Source: an uncultured delta proteobacterium
Lineage (GTDB): Bacteria; Desulfobacterota; Binatia; Binatales; Binataceae
Direction: 5' to 3'
Length of the DNA: 64,000 bases
NCBI GenBank assembly: GCA_963724765.1
Contig: CAVRVY010000003.1
Location: 224,001-288,000 of the forward strand
Shown: positions 52,195-63,450 of the stretch, piece after piece
Position numbering within the stretch: the stretch's first letter is position 1
Layout of the letters: every line of letters starts with the position of its first letter
Translations under genes and position numbers: made by a program
Notes under the pieces: generated by a model
Seen by the model: the letters and a program-made list of their open reading frames with translations, nothing else
Told to the model about the DNA's origin: nothing
Database searches by the model: none

Positions 52195-53028
52195 TCAGCC
52201 GCCGTGCGCGAAGAGCGTCAAATAGCAGAGCACGCTCAAGTCCGCGAACACGTGGGCGAGAATCGACGTCTCCAGGCCCCAGCGCCAGTAAACGTAGCCG
52301 AGCACGATTCCCGCAACAGTGCGCGGCTCGAGCAGCATCTGTATCGCGCGCGGCTCCCACCAGAGCGTGCCCTCGCCGGTCGCCGCGTGGATCGCGCCGA
52401 ACATCAGCCCCTGGATAACGATCGCCGTCCACCATTCGGTGGCGCTCAGCTTGCCCACGGGCGCGCGCAGCAATTTCGTTATCAGCCATACCAGCACGGT
52501 CATCAGGAAAAGGCGGAAATGGATCTCCTCGATGATCGGAAACCCTAGGCCGATAGCCGCAGGATGGGCCTTGAAGAGCTCGAAAGCCTTGCGCCCGGAT
52601 TCTTTTATGCCGGGTGGGGTCTTGGCGGCGAGCGCAGGCGCCCACAGCGCCTTGACCACGATCATTTGCACGATGCGCGTGCCCAGGATCGATACCGCCG
52701 CCGCACCGGCCGCGGCACAAATCATCTCAGCCAAGCCCGCGGCCGGGTCGGCGGCGGCGAACCGGCGTCCGAGCGCGCTCGGAGCGAAGCCCGGCCGACG
52801 CGCCGCCAGGCATCCCAACCCTACCAGGAACAGCATCTCCGCCAGCGCGATCGAGATCGCGCGCAGATGCTTGTCGGGCGGTATCGGAAGCACCGGCGAG
52901 CAAAGAAACCATCCCAACATGCCGACTGTGAGGAGCACCAGGAACTCGATCAGGCGCGGATAGCGGGTGTGCGCGCGGAGCGGGTTCCCTTCGAGTACAA
53001 CATTCGCGGTAATGCTCGGGCTTTCCAA
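52195..53028 (-). CDS. CPBP (CAAX/Abi) intramembrane metalloprotease
   Basis: EEIHFR, FGAIH, and HxxxD (AHVFAD) motifs in TM segments. Confidence 0.8.
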   Translation of the reverse strand: MESPSITANVVLEGNPLRAHTRYPRLIEFLVLLTVGMLGWFLCSPVLPIPPDKHLRAISIALAEMLFLVGLGCLAARRPGFAPSALGRRFAAADPAAGLAEMICAAAGAAAVSILGTRIVQMIVVKALWAPALAAKTPPGIKESGRKAFELFKAHPAAIGLGFPIIEEIHFRLFLMTVLVWLITKLLRAPVGKLSATEWWTAIVIQGLMFGAIHAATGEGTLWWEPRAIQMLLEPRTVAGIVLGYVYWRWGLETSILAHVFADLSVLCYLTLFAHGG

Positions 53029-53266
53029 TGGTGGGCACGTACTCGTTGCGCAAAATCAGCCGACGCTGGTTTAATCGCGCAACGCGGTCATTCCATCGTG
53101 AACGGGCGCACGCGGTTTGTTAAGGCGTCGAGTGCGGTGCGGCACGTTCAGCCGCGGCGGATGATACATAGGTTGTCGCAGAATAGGATCGCGCTGGTGG
53201 GGAAGCTGAAAGCGAAACCCGGCGCGATGGCATCGCGAAGATCCGGCGCCGGCTGGAATCAAACGG

Positions 53267-55167
<1,901 letters not shown>

Positions 55168-55288
55168 GGGGATTCGCTCCAGTGCAGCGCACCTCGCACG
55201 CCGCCGACGCCGCGATCTTATACGAAAAGTTTGGGAAAGCGAGGCTTGCCCGTGCTCAGCAGGCGCGGATACTGATGTTGTGCGGCGG

Positions 55289-55954
55289 ATGGCGGCGTTG
55301 ATCGTCCTGGGTTGCGCGCTCGGCGGATGCGCTCCGGCGGCGGCGCCACCATCGACCGGACCCGCGGCGGACACCCCGGTACAATCTGAGGCATCGGCAG
55401 AAGCTCCAGCCACCGGGCAACCAGCGGTTAAACCCTCCGCAATAGCGACGCCGACGACCGAATTGGATCGGAGGACGGAGCGCTTCGGCGGCATCCCCAC
55501 ATCTGACAGCACGCCGGTCGCGCCGTCGCAGCCGCGGCTGAGCGTCGGAAAGGCGCTCGGCGTCGTCACGACGCGCATCGTCAGGGACGACAGTTCCGAC
55601 GGCGCTATGCCGCCGGCGAATTGCGAGGTGCGGATCCTGTACGACAAGCCCGCCGGCAAAACGCGCGAGGTCGCGACGCTCAATGTCAAAGGCACGCCGG
55701 CCCAGCATGAGGACATCCTGTCGCTGCTCAAGCGCCAAGCGTGCGCGGCCGGCGCCAACGCCGTGCTGATCAAAAGCACCGGCAGGACGAGCGTCGAGGG
55801 TGCGAAAGTGGATCAGGTCGAGGCGGTCGCGCTGATCGTCGGAACCCCCAAACCACCCGTCGACCCGTCGCCCGTGCCCAAGACCATCACGGTCACGCCT
55901 GAGGGTCCCGCCGTGCCCAAGACCATCACGGTTGATCCGGACGCGTCGCCCTAG
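55289..55954 (+). CDS. Putative lipoprotein, Pro-rich
   Basis: Lipobox LGGC; LKRQACAAGANAVL segment; duplicated VPKTITV at the C-terminus. Confidence 0.6.
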   Translation: MAALIVLGCALGGCAPAAAPPSTGPAADTPVQSEASAEAPATGQPAVKPSAIATPTTELDRRTERFGGIPTSDSTPVAPSQPRLSVGKALGVVTTRIVRDDSSDGAMPPANCEVRILYDKPAGKTREVATLNVKGTPAQHEDILSLLKRQACAAGANAVLIKSTGRTSVEGAKVDQVEAVALIVGTPKPPVDPSPVPKTITVTPEGPAVPKTITVDPDASP

Positions 55955-56103
55955 CTAACCTTGGGCCGGGCTCAGGGACGGCGGTTCGACGCGTTGAACG
56001 CAACTTCATCCTCGCCGCGCAAATCAATCATCGCATTTGGCGCACGGTCACGCGCACGCGGCCTGCGCGGCGCGGCGGCGCCGCGATCGGCGCGGGCCCC
56101 AGC

Positions 56104-56994
56104 GTGAAGAGCGTGAGCCCGAAAGCAAAGCATTCGCTGAAGACGGTCGGGATGGTCGTGCGGCGCGAGCGCCCACGCGCAATCGCAATCGCGCACGAAC
56201 TCGCTTCATGGCTGCGCGCGCGTCATCTGACTACTCTCGCCGAGCCCGAGGTCGCCGCCCATCTCGGCGCCGAGGCGGTCGAGCGCGAGCAACTCGCGCT
56301 GCGCGCGGACCTCATCGTAGTGCTCGGCGGCGACGGCACCCTGCTCAGCATCGCGCGCCTGGTCGGCGAGCGCGAAACGCCAATCCTCGGTATCAACCTC
56401 GGCGGCCTCGGCTTCCTGACCGAGATCACCACCGAGGAGGCGCAGGCCTCGCTGACCCGCGTGCTGGCTGGTGATTATGAGGTCGACCGCCGCATAACGC
56501 TGGAGGCAACCGTCGAGTCGCACGTCGGGGGCGCCCAGGCCGCCGATCGCGAGAGCTTCCGCGCGCTCAACGACGTCGTGATCAACAAGCGCGCGCTCGG
56601 CCGCATGCTCGATCTCAACGTGGTCGCCAGCGGCGAACGCTTCTGCTCCTACCGCGCCGACGGCCTGATTATCGCGACCCCGACCGGCTCGACCGCCTAC
56701 GCGCTGAGCGCCGGCGGACCGATCGTTTTTCCCTCGCTAGACGTCGTGGTGCTCGCGCCGATTTGCCCGCACACGCTGAGCAATCGTCCGGTGGTGCTGC
56801 CCGATTCGTTCGAGATCGAGGTGCGGGTCAAGACCGACGACAACGGGGCGATGCTGACCGTGGACGGCCAGCAAACCGCGCGCGTCGCCAGCAACGACAC
56901 TCTGCGGGTGCGGCGCGGCAAAAATCCGGTGGTGCTCGTGCGATCGTCGCACTCCTACTTCGAGATCTGGCGCAACAAGCTGCGCTGGGGCTGA
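56104..56994 (+). CDS. nadK: NAD kinase
   Basis: LGGDGTLL, GINLGGLGFL, ALND, DGLIIATPTGSTAYALSAGGP. Confidence 0.96.
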   Translation: MKSVSPKAKHSLKTVGMVVRRERPRAIAIAHELASWLRARHLTTLAEPEVAAHLGAEAVEREQLALRADLIVVLGGDGTLLSIARLVGERETPILGINLGGLGFLTEITTEEAQASLTRVLAGDYEVDRRITLEATVESHVGGAQAADRESFRALNDVVINKRALGRMLDLNVVASGERFCSYRADGLIIATPTGSTAYALSAGGPIVFPSLDVVVLAPICPHTLSNRPVVLPDSFEIEVRVKTDDNGAMLTVDGQQTARVASNDTLRVRRGKNPVVLVRSSHSYFEIWRNKLRWG

Positions 56995-57009
56995 ACCCGG
57001 GTAGCGGCG

Positions 57010-58710
57010 ATGCTGGTCGAACTGCGCATCCGCAACTTCGCCATCATCGAGGGCGCGGCGCTTTACTTCGGCCCCGGCTTCAACGTGCTCTCGGGCGAAA
57101 CCGGCGCCGGCAAGACCATTATCATGACCGCACTCGGTCTGCTGCTCGGCGGCCGCGCCTCGCCCGACATGATCCGCGCGGGGCAAAATGAAGCCGTGCT
57201 CGAGGGATTGTTCGAGCTCGAGGGCGAAGCGCCGCTGCCCGAGGGAACCCACGAGTTCGCCGAATCCGGGCAGCGCGAGCTGCTGATCCGCCGCACGCTC
57301 GCCGCCGATGGCGGCCGCTCGCGCGCCTACGTCAACGGCGAGATGGCCACCGTGCAGACCCTGGCGCGGATGGGCCAGAGCCTGATGCAAGTCTACGGTC
57401 AGCACGAGCATCAGACGCTGCTCCGCTCTGAGAGCCATCTCCAGCTCCTGGACCGGCACGCCGCGCTCGATGCGACGCTCGAGCATTACGCCACCGCCTA
57501 CCGCGCAACGGTCCATGCCCGCACCCGCGCCGACGAGCTGCGCGAGCGCGAGCGCACCCGCGCCGAGCAACTGGAGCTCGCGCGCTTCCGTATCGCCGAG
57601 CTCGAACGCGCCGCGCTCTCGCCGGGGGAGGACGAACAACTGGCGGCTGAACGCACGGTGCTGGCCAACGCCGCGCGCCTCGGTGCCGCCGCCGCCGAGG
57701 CCGAGCAGATGCTGTCGGGGGAGAGCGCCGCGGCGCTCGACGTGGTCGCCCGCGCCGAGACGCGCGTCGGCGAAGCGGCGGCGATAGATCCCAAGCTCAA
57801 GGATGCGCTCGAACTGATCGGCTCGGCGCGCCTGGGGCTGGAGGAGGCGGCACATACGCTGCGCGACTATGCCGCGCGGCTCGAGGCCGACCCGGCGCGG
57901 CTCGAAGAGATCGAAACGCGAATGGCCGAGCTGACCCGGCTCAAACGAAAGTACGGCGGCACGCTACAGAGCGTGCTCGAAACGCTGGAGCGCTCGCGCG
58001 GTGAAATCGCCGAGCTTGAGCGCGTCTCCGACTCGCGCGCCGAGGCCGAAGCGGCACTCCGCGACGCGCTCGATGATCTCGCGCGGACGGGCGCCGAGCT
58101 CAGCGGGCGGCGCCAGAGCGCGGCAGCCGAACTCAAGCGCCGGATGGAGACCGAGCTCAAGACGCTGGGGATGCGCGCGCCGGTGTTCGAGGCGCGCTTC
58201 ACGCCGCTGGATAAGTCGGAAGGCGCGTTCGAACACAACAGGATGACGCTCGGGCCGGGCGGCGCCGATGCGATCGAATTCATGCTCTCGCCCAACCTGG
58301 GGCAACCGCCGATGGCCCTTGCGCGGATCGCGTCGGGCGGCGAGCTCTCGCGCGTGATGCTCGCGCTCAAGCGCCTGGAGGCGCAGCGCCGCGGCGTCGC
58401 GACGATGATTTTCGACGAGGTCGACGCGGGAGTGGGAGGCGCCGTCGCCCAGGTCGTCGGCCGCAAGCTCAAGGAGCTAGCACGTTTTCATCAGGTGCTA
58501 TGCGTGACCCATCTGCCGCAGGTCGCCGCCTTCGCCGACACTCATTTCCTGGTCGAAAAAGAGGAACGCCGCGGTGCGACCCGCAGCCGCGTGAGCGCGC
58601 TGACGCAGGCGGAGCGGATCGAAGAGGTCGCCCGGATGCTCGGCGGCGCCGAAGTCACCGACAAGTTCCGCCGCGCCGCGCGCGAGCTGATTGAACGCGC
58701 CCGCGCCTGA
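57010..58710 (+). CDS. recN: DNA repair protein RecN
   Basis: SGETGAGK Walker A, YGQHEHQ, coiled coil, ASGGELSR, FDEVD, THLPQVA. Confidence 0.96.
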   Translation: MLVELRIRNFAIIEGAALYFGPGFNVLSGETGAGKTIIMTALGLLLGGRASPDMIRAGQNEAVLEGLFELEGEAPLPEGTHEFAESGQRELLIRRTLAADGGRSRAYVNGEMATVQTLARMGQSLMQVYGQHEHQTLLRSESHLQLLDRHAALDATLEHYATAYRATVHARTRADELRERERTRAEQLELARFRIAELERAALSPGEDEQLAAERTVLANAARLGAAAAEAEQMLSGESAAALDVVARAETRVGEAAAIDPKLKDALELIGSARLGLEEAAHTLRDYAARLEADPARLEEIETRMAELTRLKRKYGGTLQSVLETLERSRGEIAELERVSDSRAEAEAALRDALDDLARTGAELSGRRQSAAAELKRRMETELKTLGMRAPVFEARFTPLDKSEGAFEHNRMTLGPGGADAIEFMLSPNLGQPPMALARIASGGELSRVMLALKRLEAQRRGVATMIFDEVDAGVGGAVAQVVGRKLKELARFHQVLCVTHLPQVAAFADTHFLVEKEERRGATRSRVSALTQAERIEEVARMLGGAEVTDKFRRAARELIERARA

Positions 58711-58843
58711 CGCGTCGCCCGCGCTTGATTGCATCACGGGCTCCGGCGATCTCAGCGAGGCTCAACGAAAGTCAGCTCGACCACCTTCAGGTTGACCCAA
58801 CCGAGAGCTTCCGATTAACTGATGAGTCGTCTCTACGCGCGGT

Positions 58844-58920
58844 GGGGCTGTAGCTCAGTTTGGGAGAGCGCCTGAATGGCATTCAGGAGGTCGCGCGTTC
58901 GATCCGCGTCAGCTCCACCA
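58844..58920 (+). tRNA. tRNA-Ala(GGC)
   Basis: GGGGCTGTAGCTCAG...CCTGA-ATGGCAT-TCAGG...GTTCGATCC...AGCTCCACCA. Confidence 0.96.
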
Positions 58921-59115
58921 ATAAAATCAAGCACTTAGATGCTTCGGGATTGTCGCGCGAACCGTGCGTGTAGGCGACATGTAGGCGCACGCGCGATTTT
59001 GAGGCCCATTTCCGCGGCTATGCGCATAGGATTCTAGGGTGGACCTCCCCGGCTAGCTTGGCCGGCGCGTCCTGAGCCACCGCTGGATGCCCGCGCTCGG
59101 AGAAGCCACCGTTTT

Positions 59116-59523
59116 TTAATCGCGGCCGTATCTCCGGTTGCGCCAAATTGGCGCCGCACTATCCCGTGAGGCCGCTGAGCTCTTAGCATGCAGATACTCG
59201 TCGATGCCGCGCTCGGAAAACCGCAGGCAGCGCGATTTCAGCCGGTGCGTGAACGGATAGAAGTCCGCGTTGCGATAGAGTGTGTCGCGTGCGATCCCGA
59301 GCAGCACTGCCGCTTCGTCCGCGTGCAGCATCCGATCCGGTCCGCTTGGCATGCTGGCCAGCGCTCCCGGCTCCCCGGACAGCATGATGCGTCGCGCCTT
59401 CAGCGCGCCTCGAGCCATCTCCAACATAGCGATCAGGCGCCGCGTCGCATCGAGCGAAAGAGCGTTCACGCGCAGCGGATCCCGCGCGATGTCATCCAGG
59501 GTGATATTCTCGTTCTGGTCCAT
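59116..59523 (-). CDS. Excisionase/AlpA-like HTH protein
   Basis: MLHADEAAVLLGIARDTLYR...LRFSERGIDEYL (MerR-like HTH_17 pattern); GGAGG upstream. Confidence 0.75.
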   Translation of the reverse strand: MDQNENITLDDIARDPLRVNALSLDATRRLIAMLEMARGALKARRIMLSGEPGALASMPSGPDRMLHADEAAVLLGIARDTLYRNADFYPFTHRLKSRCLRFSERGIDEYLHAKSSAASRDSAAPIWRNRRYGRD

Positions 59524-59578
59524 TCTCGCTTCACCTCCCTATTCGAGTCTCCTGCCGCGTTGCCTGCCGCGCAGCGCT

Positions 59579-60792
59579 CTACAGGCGCATCGGCATGATG
59601 ACCGCTTGGGGCGAGTCCGCCGCTCCCGCCGTGGTGATCACGCACGGGCTCGTCGGGTCCGCCAGCCGAAACACAAGCTCGTCGCCCAGCGTCGCGATCG
59701 CGCCCAGCAGGTAACTGGCGTTGAAGCCTGCCGCCATCTCGGCATTGCGCACGTCGCCTTTGGCCGCGATGCCTTCGCTCGCCTCGCCGCGCTCCGGGTC
59801 GGACGCGGAAACGGTCAGCCGACCGGATGCGAAGGCCAGCCGGACGCCGTGATAGCGAGCGCTGCTGAACGGCATGACCGCACCTATCGCAAGCCGCAGA
59901 GTATCGCGCCAGACGGTCAGCGCCGCGTCTTGCGCGGACGCCTTGGGAATCACGCCTCGATAGTCGGGAAACTCGCCTTCGACCGTGCGTCCCTTGTAGA
60001 GCGCGCCCGCCACATTGAACGAGATGACCGGACGCTCCGCAAGTCCGTCGCCGCTCCGCTCCGCGCCCGTGTCGAGTATCCGCAGCGCCATGCGAACGTC
60101 TCCAGCCGGGCGCGCGCGCAAGGCCGTGCGTAGCGCGACCAGTAGCTTGCGCGGAATGATGAACGGCGCAAACCGCTCCGTCGCCAATGGGGCTCAGTCA
60201 GTGCGAGCCTATGCCCATCGGTTGCGACCATACGGACGCGCTGATTGCCCGCGCGCTCGAACAACACGCCGCTCAGGTTGTAGCGCGCCTCATCGGGCGA
60301 GACGGCATAGAGCGTGGCGTCGATCATCTCCGCGAGCATCGCAGCCGGAAGTATCACGCGCAGCCGTGGGGCGCCCGTGGGAAAGTCGGCCGGGAAGCTT
60401 GCCGGGTCGAGTCCGACCAGCCGCGCGCTCGTACCGTTGACCGCAACGCGCACGTCCGTCGAAGCGCTCGCGCCGTCCGCGCCGTCTTTCGGCGGGTCGG
60501 ACGATTCGAGCGTGACGGTTTGCGCCGCGCCGCGCCCGCTCCCGGATGGCTGACTCCGCTTGAGCACCTCGAGCAAGGTCCGCGCATCGACCGTGGCGAC
60601 GCCAGCCGCGTGCGTCTGACATGGGATGCGGGTTGCGTAGGCCATCTCAAGGTCCGTCGCGCGGAGCATCAGGCAGCCGTTAGCTTCGAGCGCAACGTGG
60701 CCCAGGATCGGCACGGTCGCGCGCCGCTCGATTATGCGGCTTGCGCCCGCAAGCGCGCGCATCAAGGGTTTCGTCTCAACAGTGATTTTCAT
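59579..60792 (-). pseudogene. dnaN: DNA polymerase III beta sliding clamp homolog, frameshift at ~60190
   Basis: ATDLE, RYNLSGV, MVATDGHRLA in ORF 59950-60792; IIPRK, VEGEFPDYRGVIP, GFNASYLL, VIMPMRL in ORF 59579-60187. Confidence 0.85.
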
Positions 60793-61244
60793 GGACTCAC
60801 CCGCCGGGCCGCTGCTCGCTCGAGACGGATCACGTTACCTTCAACCTGAATCGCAACCGATCTTTCCTCGGCTGCTTGGCGCCAGGCCCTTTGCGCGAGT
60901 ATTCGCTGCGCGCGTTTCGGCAACCCTTCCGGATGCGCCTCGATCTTCGCCAGCAATGGCCATTCGATCTTGAGCGCCCGCTTATGCGTCATACCGAGCT
61001 CCAGTGCGATATGTTCCAGATCGAAATCGGTGGTGCGGGCCGTCAGGATGCGCCGTTGGCGCTCAGTCAGCTTCCAGCCACTATGCAGGACGGCCAGAGC
61101 TAACTGAGCGGCTTCACGGCACCCACTGCGCCAGGAATCTTCGCAGCTACAACAGATCGGCTCGCCATCGCCGTCTTCATACATCGGGCTGTCGCAGTCC
61201 GCCCCGGAGCACTGAGGACACGGGCAAAGATTGTGCTTTGGCAT
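60789..61244 (-). CDS. Cys-rich + sigma70 region-4-like HTH protein
   Basis: CPCPQC...C...CCSC then LTERQRRIL...LEHIALELGMTHKRALKIE; GGAGG RBS; stop overlaps the dnaN start. Confidence 0.6.
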   Translation of the reverse strand: MPKHNLCPCPQCSGADCDSPMYEDGDGEPICCSCEDSWRSGCREAAQLALAVLHSGWKLTERQRRILTARTTDFDLEHIALELGMTHKRALKIEWPLLAKIEAHPEGLPKRAQRILAQRAWRQAAEERSVAIQVEGNVIRLERAAARRVSP

Positions 61245-61262
61245 CGACGTTACCTCCATCGG

Positions 61263-61670
61263 TTAGTTTGCGCTGGCTTGCAGCACGCGGGTTTCCAAAG
61301 ACGCCACTACGCCAGTCGCTATCCGACAGCGCCGCGCCGTCCGTCTCGCCGTGGTGCGCATCCGCAGAGTCAGAATCTCACGCTCCCGCCTCGACAGATC
61401 GATCGCGGTGGACCGCAGCGCTGCCCGCAGGCGCTCCACGATCTCGCAATGTTCGTCGCGGATTTCGTTACACTCGTCGCACCAATCCCCATAGCCCAGG
61501 AGCGCCACGTTCCCGCAGACCTCGCACTGCCCGCGTATCGCTTCCCAAATGTTCTCGCGGACGCGCCCGCCGTCTTGAGTCCGGCACTTCTGACACCGGC
61601 CTCGCTCAAGCGTCGCGTATACTTCACCGCAACTTGCGCAGACCCCGAAACTGGTAGGTGGTTTCCACAT
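61263..61670 (-). CDS. Double Zn-finger (4x CxxC) + sigma region-4-like protein
   Basis: CASC, CQKC, CEVC, CDEC then LSRREREILTLR; GGAGG RBS. Confidence 0.6.
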   Translation of the reverse strand: MWKPPTSFGVCASCGEVYATLERGRCQKCRTQDGGRVRENIWEAIRGQCEVCGNVALLGYGDWCDECNEIRDEHCEIVERLRAALRSTAIDLSRREREILTLRMRTTARRTARRCRIATGVVASLETRVLQASAN

Positions 61671-61692
61671 TGACGTTGCCTCCATGCAAAGT

Positions 61693-61721
61693 AATTTACA
61701 CGCAACCAGCTTGTGTGTCAA
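61693..61721 (-). promoter_or_regulatory. Sigma70 promoter driving the leftward element operon
   Basis: Minus strand TTGACA-17 bp-TAAATT just upstream of the GGAGG RBS of 61670. Confidence 0.8.
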
Positions 61722-61741
61722 TACACAGGTAGCTTGTGTGT
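61698..61741. promoter_or_regulatory. Two tandem 21-bp imperfect palindromic operators
   Basis: ACACGCAACCAGCTTGTGTGT (61698-61718) and ATACACAGGTAGCTTGTGTGT (61721-61741). Confidence 0.7.
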
Positions 61742-61769
61742 TGAGACTGCTTGGAGTATCTGTGTACGC

Positions 61770-62024
61770 ATGGGGCGAAATGACAAAGCAGGCAAACCCG
61801 AAGTGCCCGAGGCCGTGCGCGATTACTTCAGCCGCATGGGACGTAAAGCGTGGGAAGGCAAGAGCGCGAAGGCAAAGAAGGCTCGCACCTCGCACGCGGC
61901 TAGCTCGCGCTGGGCGAGCATGACCGCAGAGGAGCGCTCGGCCGAGATGAAGCGCCGCGCCGCAGTGCGCAAGCGCAACAAGGCCAGGGTACGCAAGACG
62001 GACGCGCCGTCATCCGAATCATGA
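61770..62024 (+). CDS. Small basic helical protein (GRK...RW...MTAEERS type), candidate regulator
   Basis: Divergent from the leftward operon; no RBS, possibly leaderless; YFSRMGRK...AASSRWASMTAEERSAEMKRRA. Confidence 0.6.
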   Translation: MGRNDKAGKPEVPEAVRDYFSRMGRKAWEGKSAKAKKARTSHAASSRWASMTAEERSAEMKRRAAVRKRNKARVRKTDAPSSES

Positions 62025-63049
62025 TCCTATGCGCATAGGATTCATCGCCGCGGCCTGTATATCATGGCCCTGACCCAGGGCCGCGCCGGCGCATCTTCCG
62101 AGCACCCCTTGCATACTGCCGCGCCCGGCGCTGTAGCGGCTTGGGGACAGCCATACGGCGAAGCTTGTAATTCAAACTCGTTTAGGGCGGGAATGGGATT
62201 TCGGGATGGGGCTGATGATTCAAACTCGTTGAGGGCTAAATAGCCGTTCTGCTGCCTCTGGCTATTCGAATGGGCATTGGAGGTGGGTTCGGGCGTCAGC
62301 GAGGTTCTGGGCGGGAGTTTTGCTCAGTGGCGGGCATTTCTGCGATGGTCGATAGGAGCGGGAAGCTAGCGGCCTGCGATTGTGGCACGTAGGACGTAGC
62401 CTCAACGGGTTTGTTCCGCGCCTGTGTGCGTCGGCGCGGGAGTATAGGCGTTCCCGTGCCAAATCCGGAGACCCCTGTCACTGTCCATTACGAATGCCGA
62501 TTCCCACGGCTAATCCTTCGCGTGGCTAGTGATAGAGCCTCCGGAGAGGGTTACTACCGCGCCGGCGCTTCCGGCGCCTCATATCCACTCGCCGCCGTTG
62601 CGCTGGAACCACGCTGAGCCGGCAGGACTCCTGAGACGGCAACTGAGTATTTTCCCTATGCGCATAGGAACACAAACCTGACGTACGAATGGGTCCTGCG
62701 GAACAGATGGCGTGTGTTTAAAAAGACCCGGCCGCCTTCGACCGGGTCTTCGAGGCTCTGTCTCCCCTCCACAAATCGCGTTCCGGGCAGCGATTGCTCA
62801 CGACACTTGTTGGACAGTGGCAGGGGGGTGCCCTTGTCCACCTTAGCGCCGGCTGTTCGCTGCTAGCCTCCTTGCGGAACGCGACCAGATACTAGACTTG
62901 GCCTTGGCGTCGTTCAAGGAATTTATTGCGACGCTGATCACGGTTTGTCCACAGGAACGACAGCGCGACACTTTGCGGCCTGCGCTCCGGGTCTCGCGCC
63001 GCCCTCAGCGACCATCGCTCGCTGATCGTCGCTCGCGTTATCTGAGGGA

Positions 63050-63337
63050 CTATTCTGTTTCGGCCTTCCGACTCCGCCGCCGATCGTGTTCACAGACGAT
63101 CGTTATACCGTTGGTGACCCCCTGTTCGTCCGTCACGCGGCCCTCTTTAGCTTCGTTTTCGGAGACCGATGTCATCATCTGCCACATGATCTGCTTGACG
63201 ACGAAGTACTGGCGCTCCCTTCTGGGGCGATCGAAACAAATCTTATCGCCGGGTCGGGGTAGGGTCGGAATCTCAAAATCCCGATCTTCGGTGGCTTCAC
63301 TTTCGCCTGCCGGTATAAGCGCCAACGTCACTTTCAT
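63050..63337 (-). CDS. Hypothetical protein (small beta-rich)
   Basis: GGAGG/AGGGA upstream; protein-like composition (LPRPGDKI, YFVVKQIMW). Confidence 0.55.
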   Translation of the reverse strand: MKVTLALIPAGESEATEDRDFEIPTLPRPGDKICFDRPRRERQYFVVKQIMWQMMTSVSENEAKEGRVTDEQGVTNGITIVCEHDRRRSRKAETE

Positions 63338-63450
63338 CTTCGCTTTCCCTCCCCTCCCGTTTCTTCGCCCAGCGCGCCAGCGAAGCCTTTGCGGGCGGCC
63401 TCAGATCGCTGCTGGGGTGTCATACCCTCGGCGCGCGTGTCGCGCTTGGG

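Noticed and set aside
58792-58820. TTGACC-17-TTAACT promoter for tRNA-Ala
   Set aside because: Plausible, but the -10 is a weak match; not supportable without TSS data.
62800-62960. Chromosomal oriC suggested by dnaN and a DnaA-like box
   Set aside because: Only one good box, no dnaA/recF/gyrB context, and the region lies in an element next to a tRNA.
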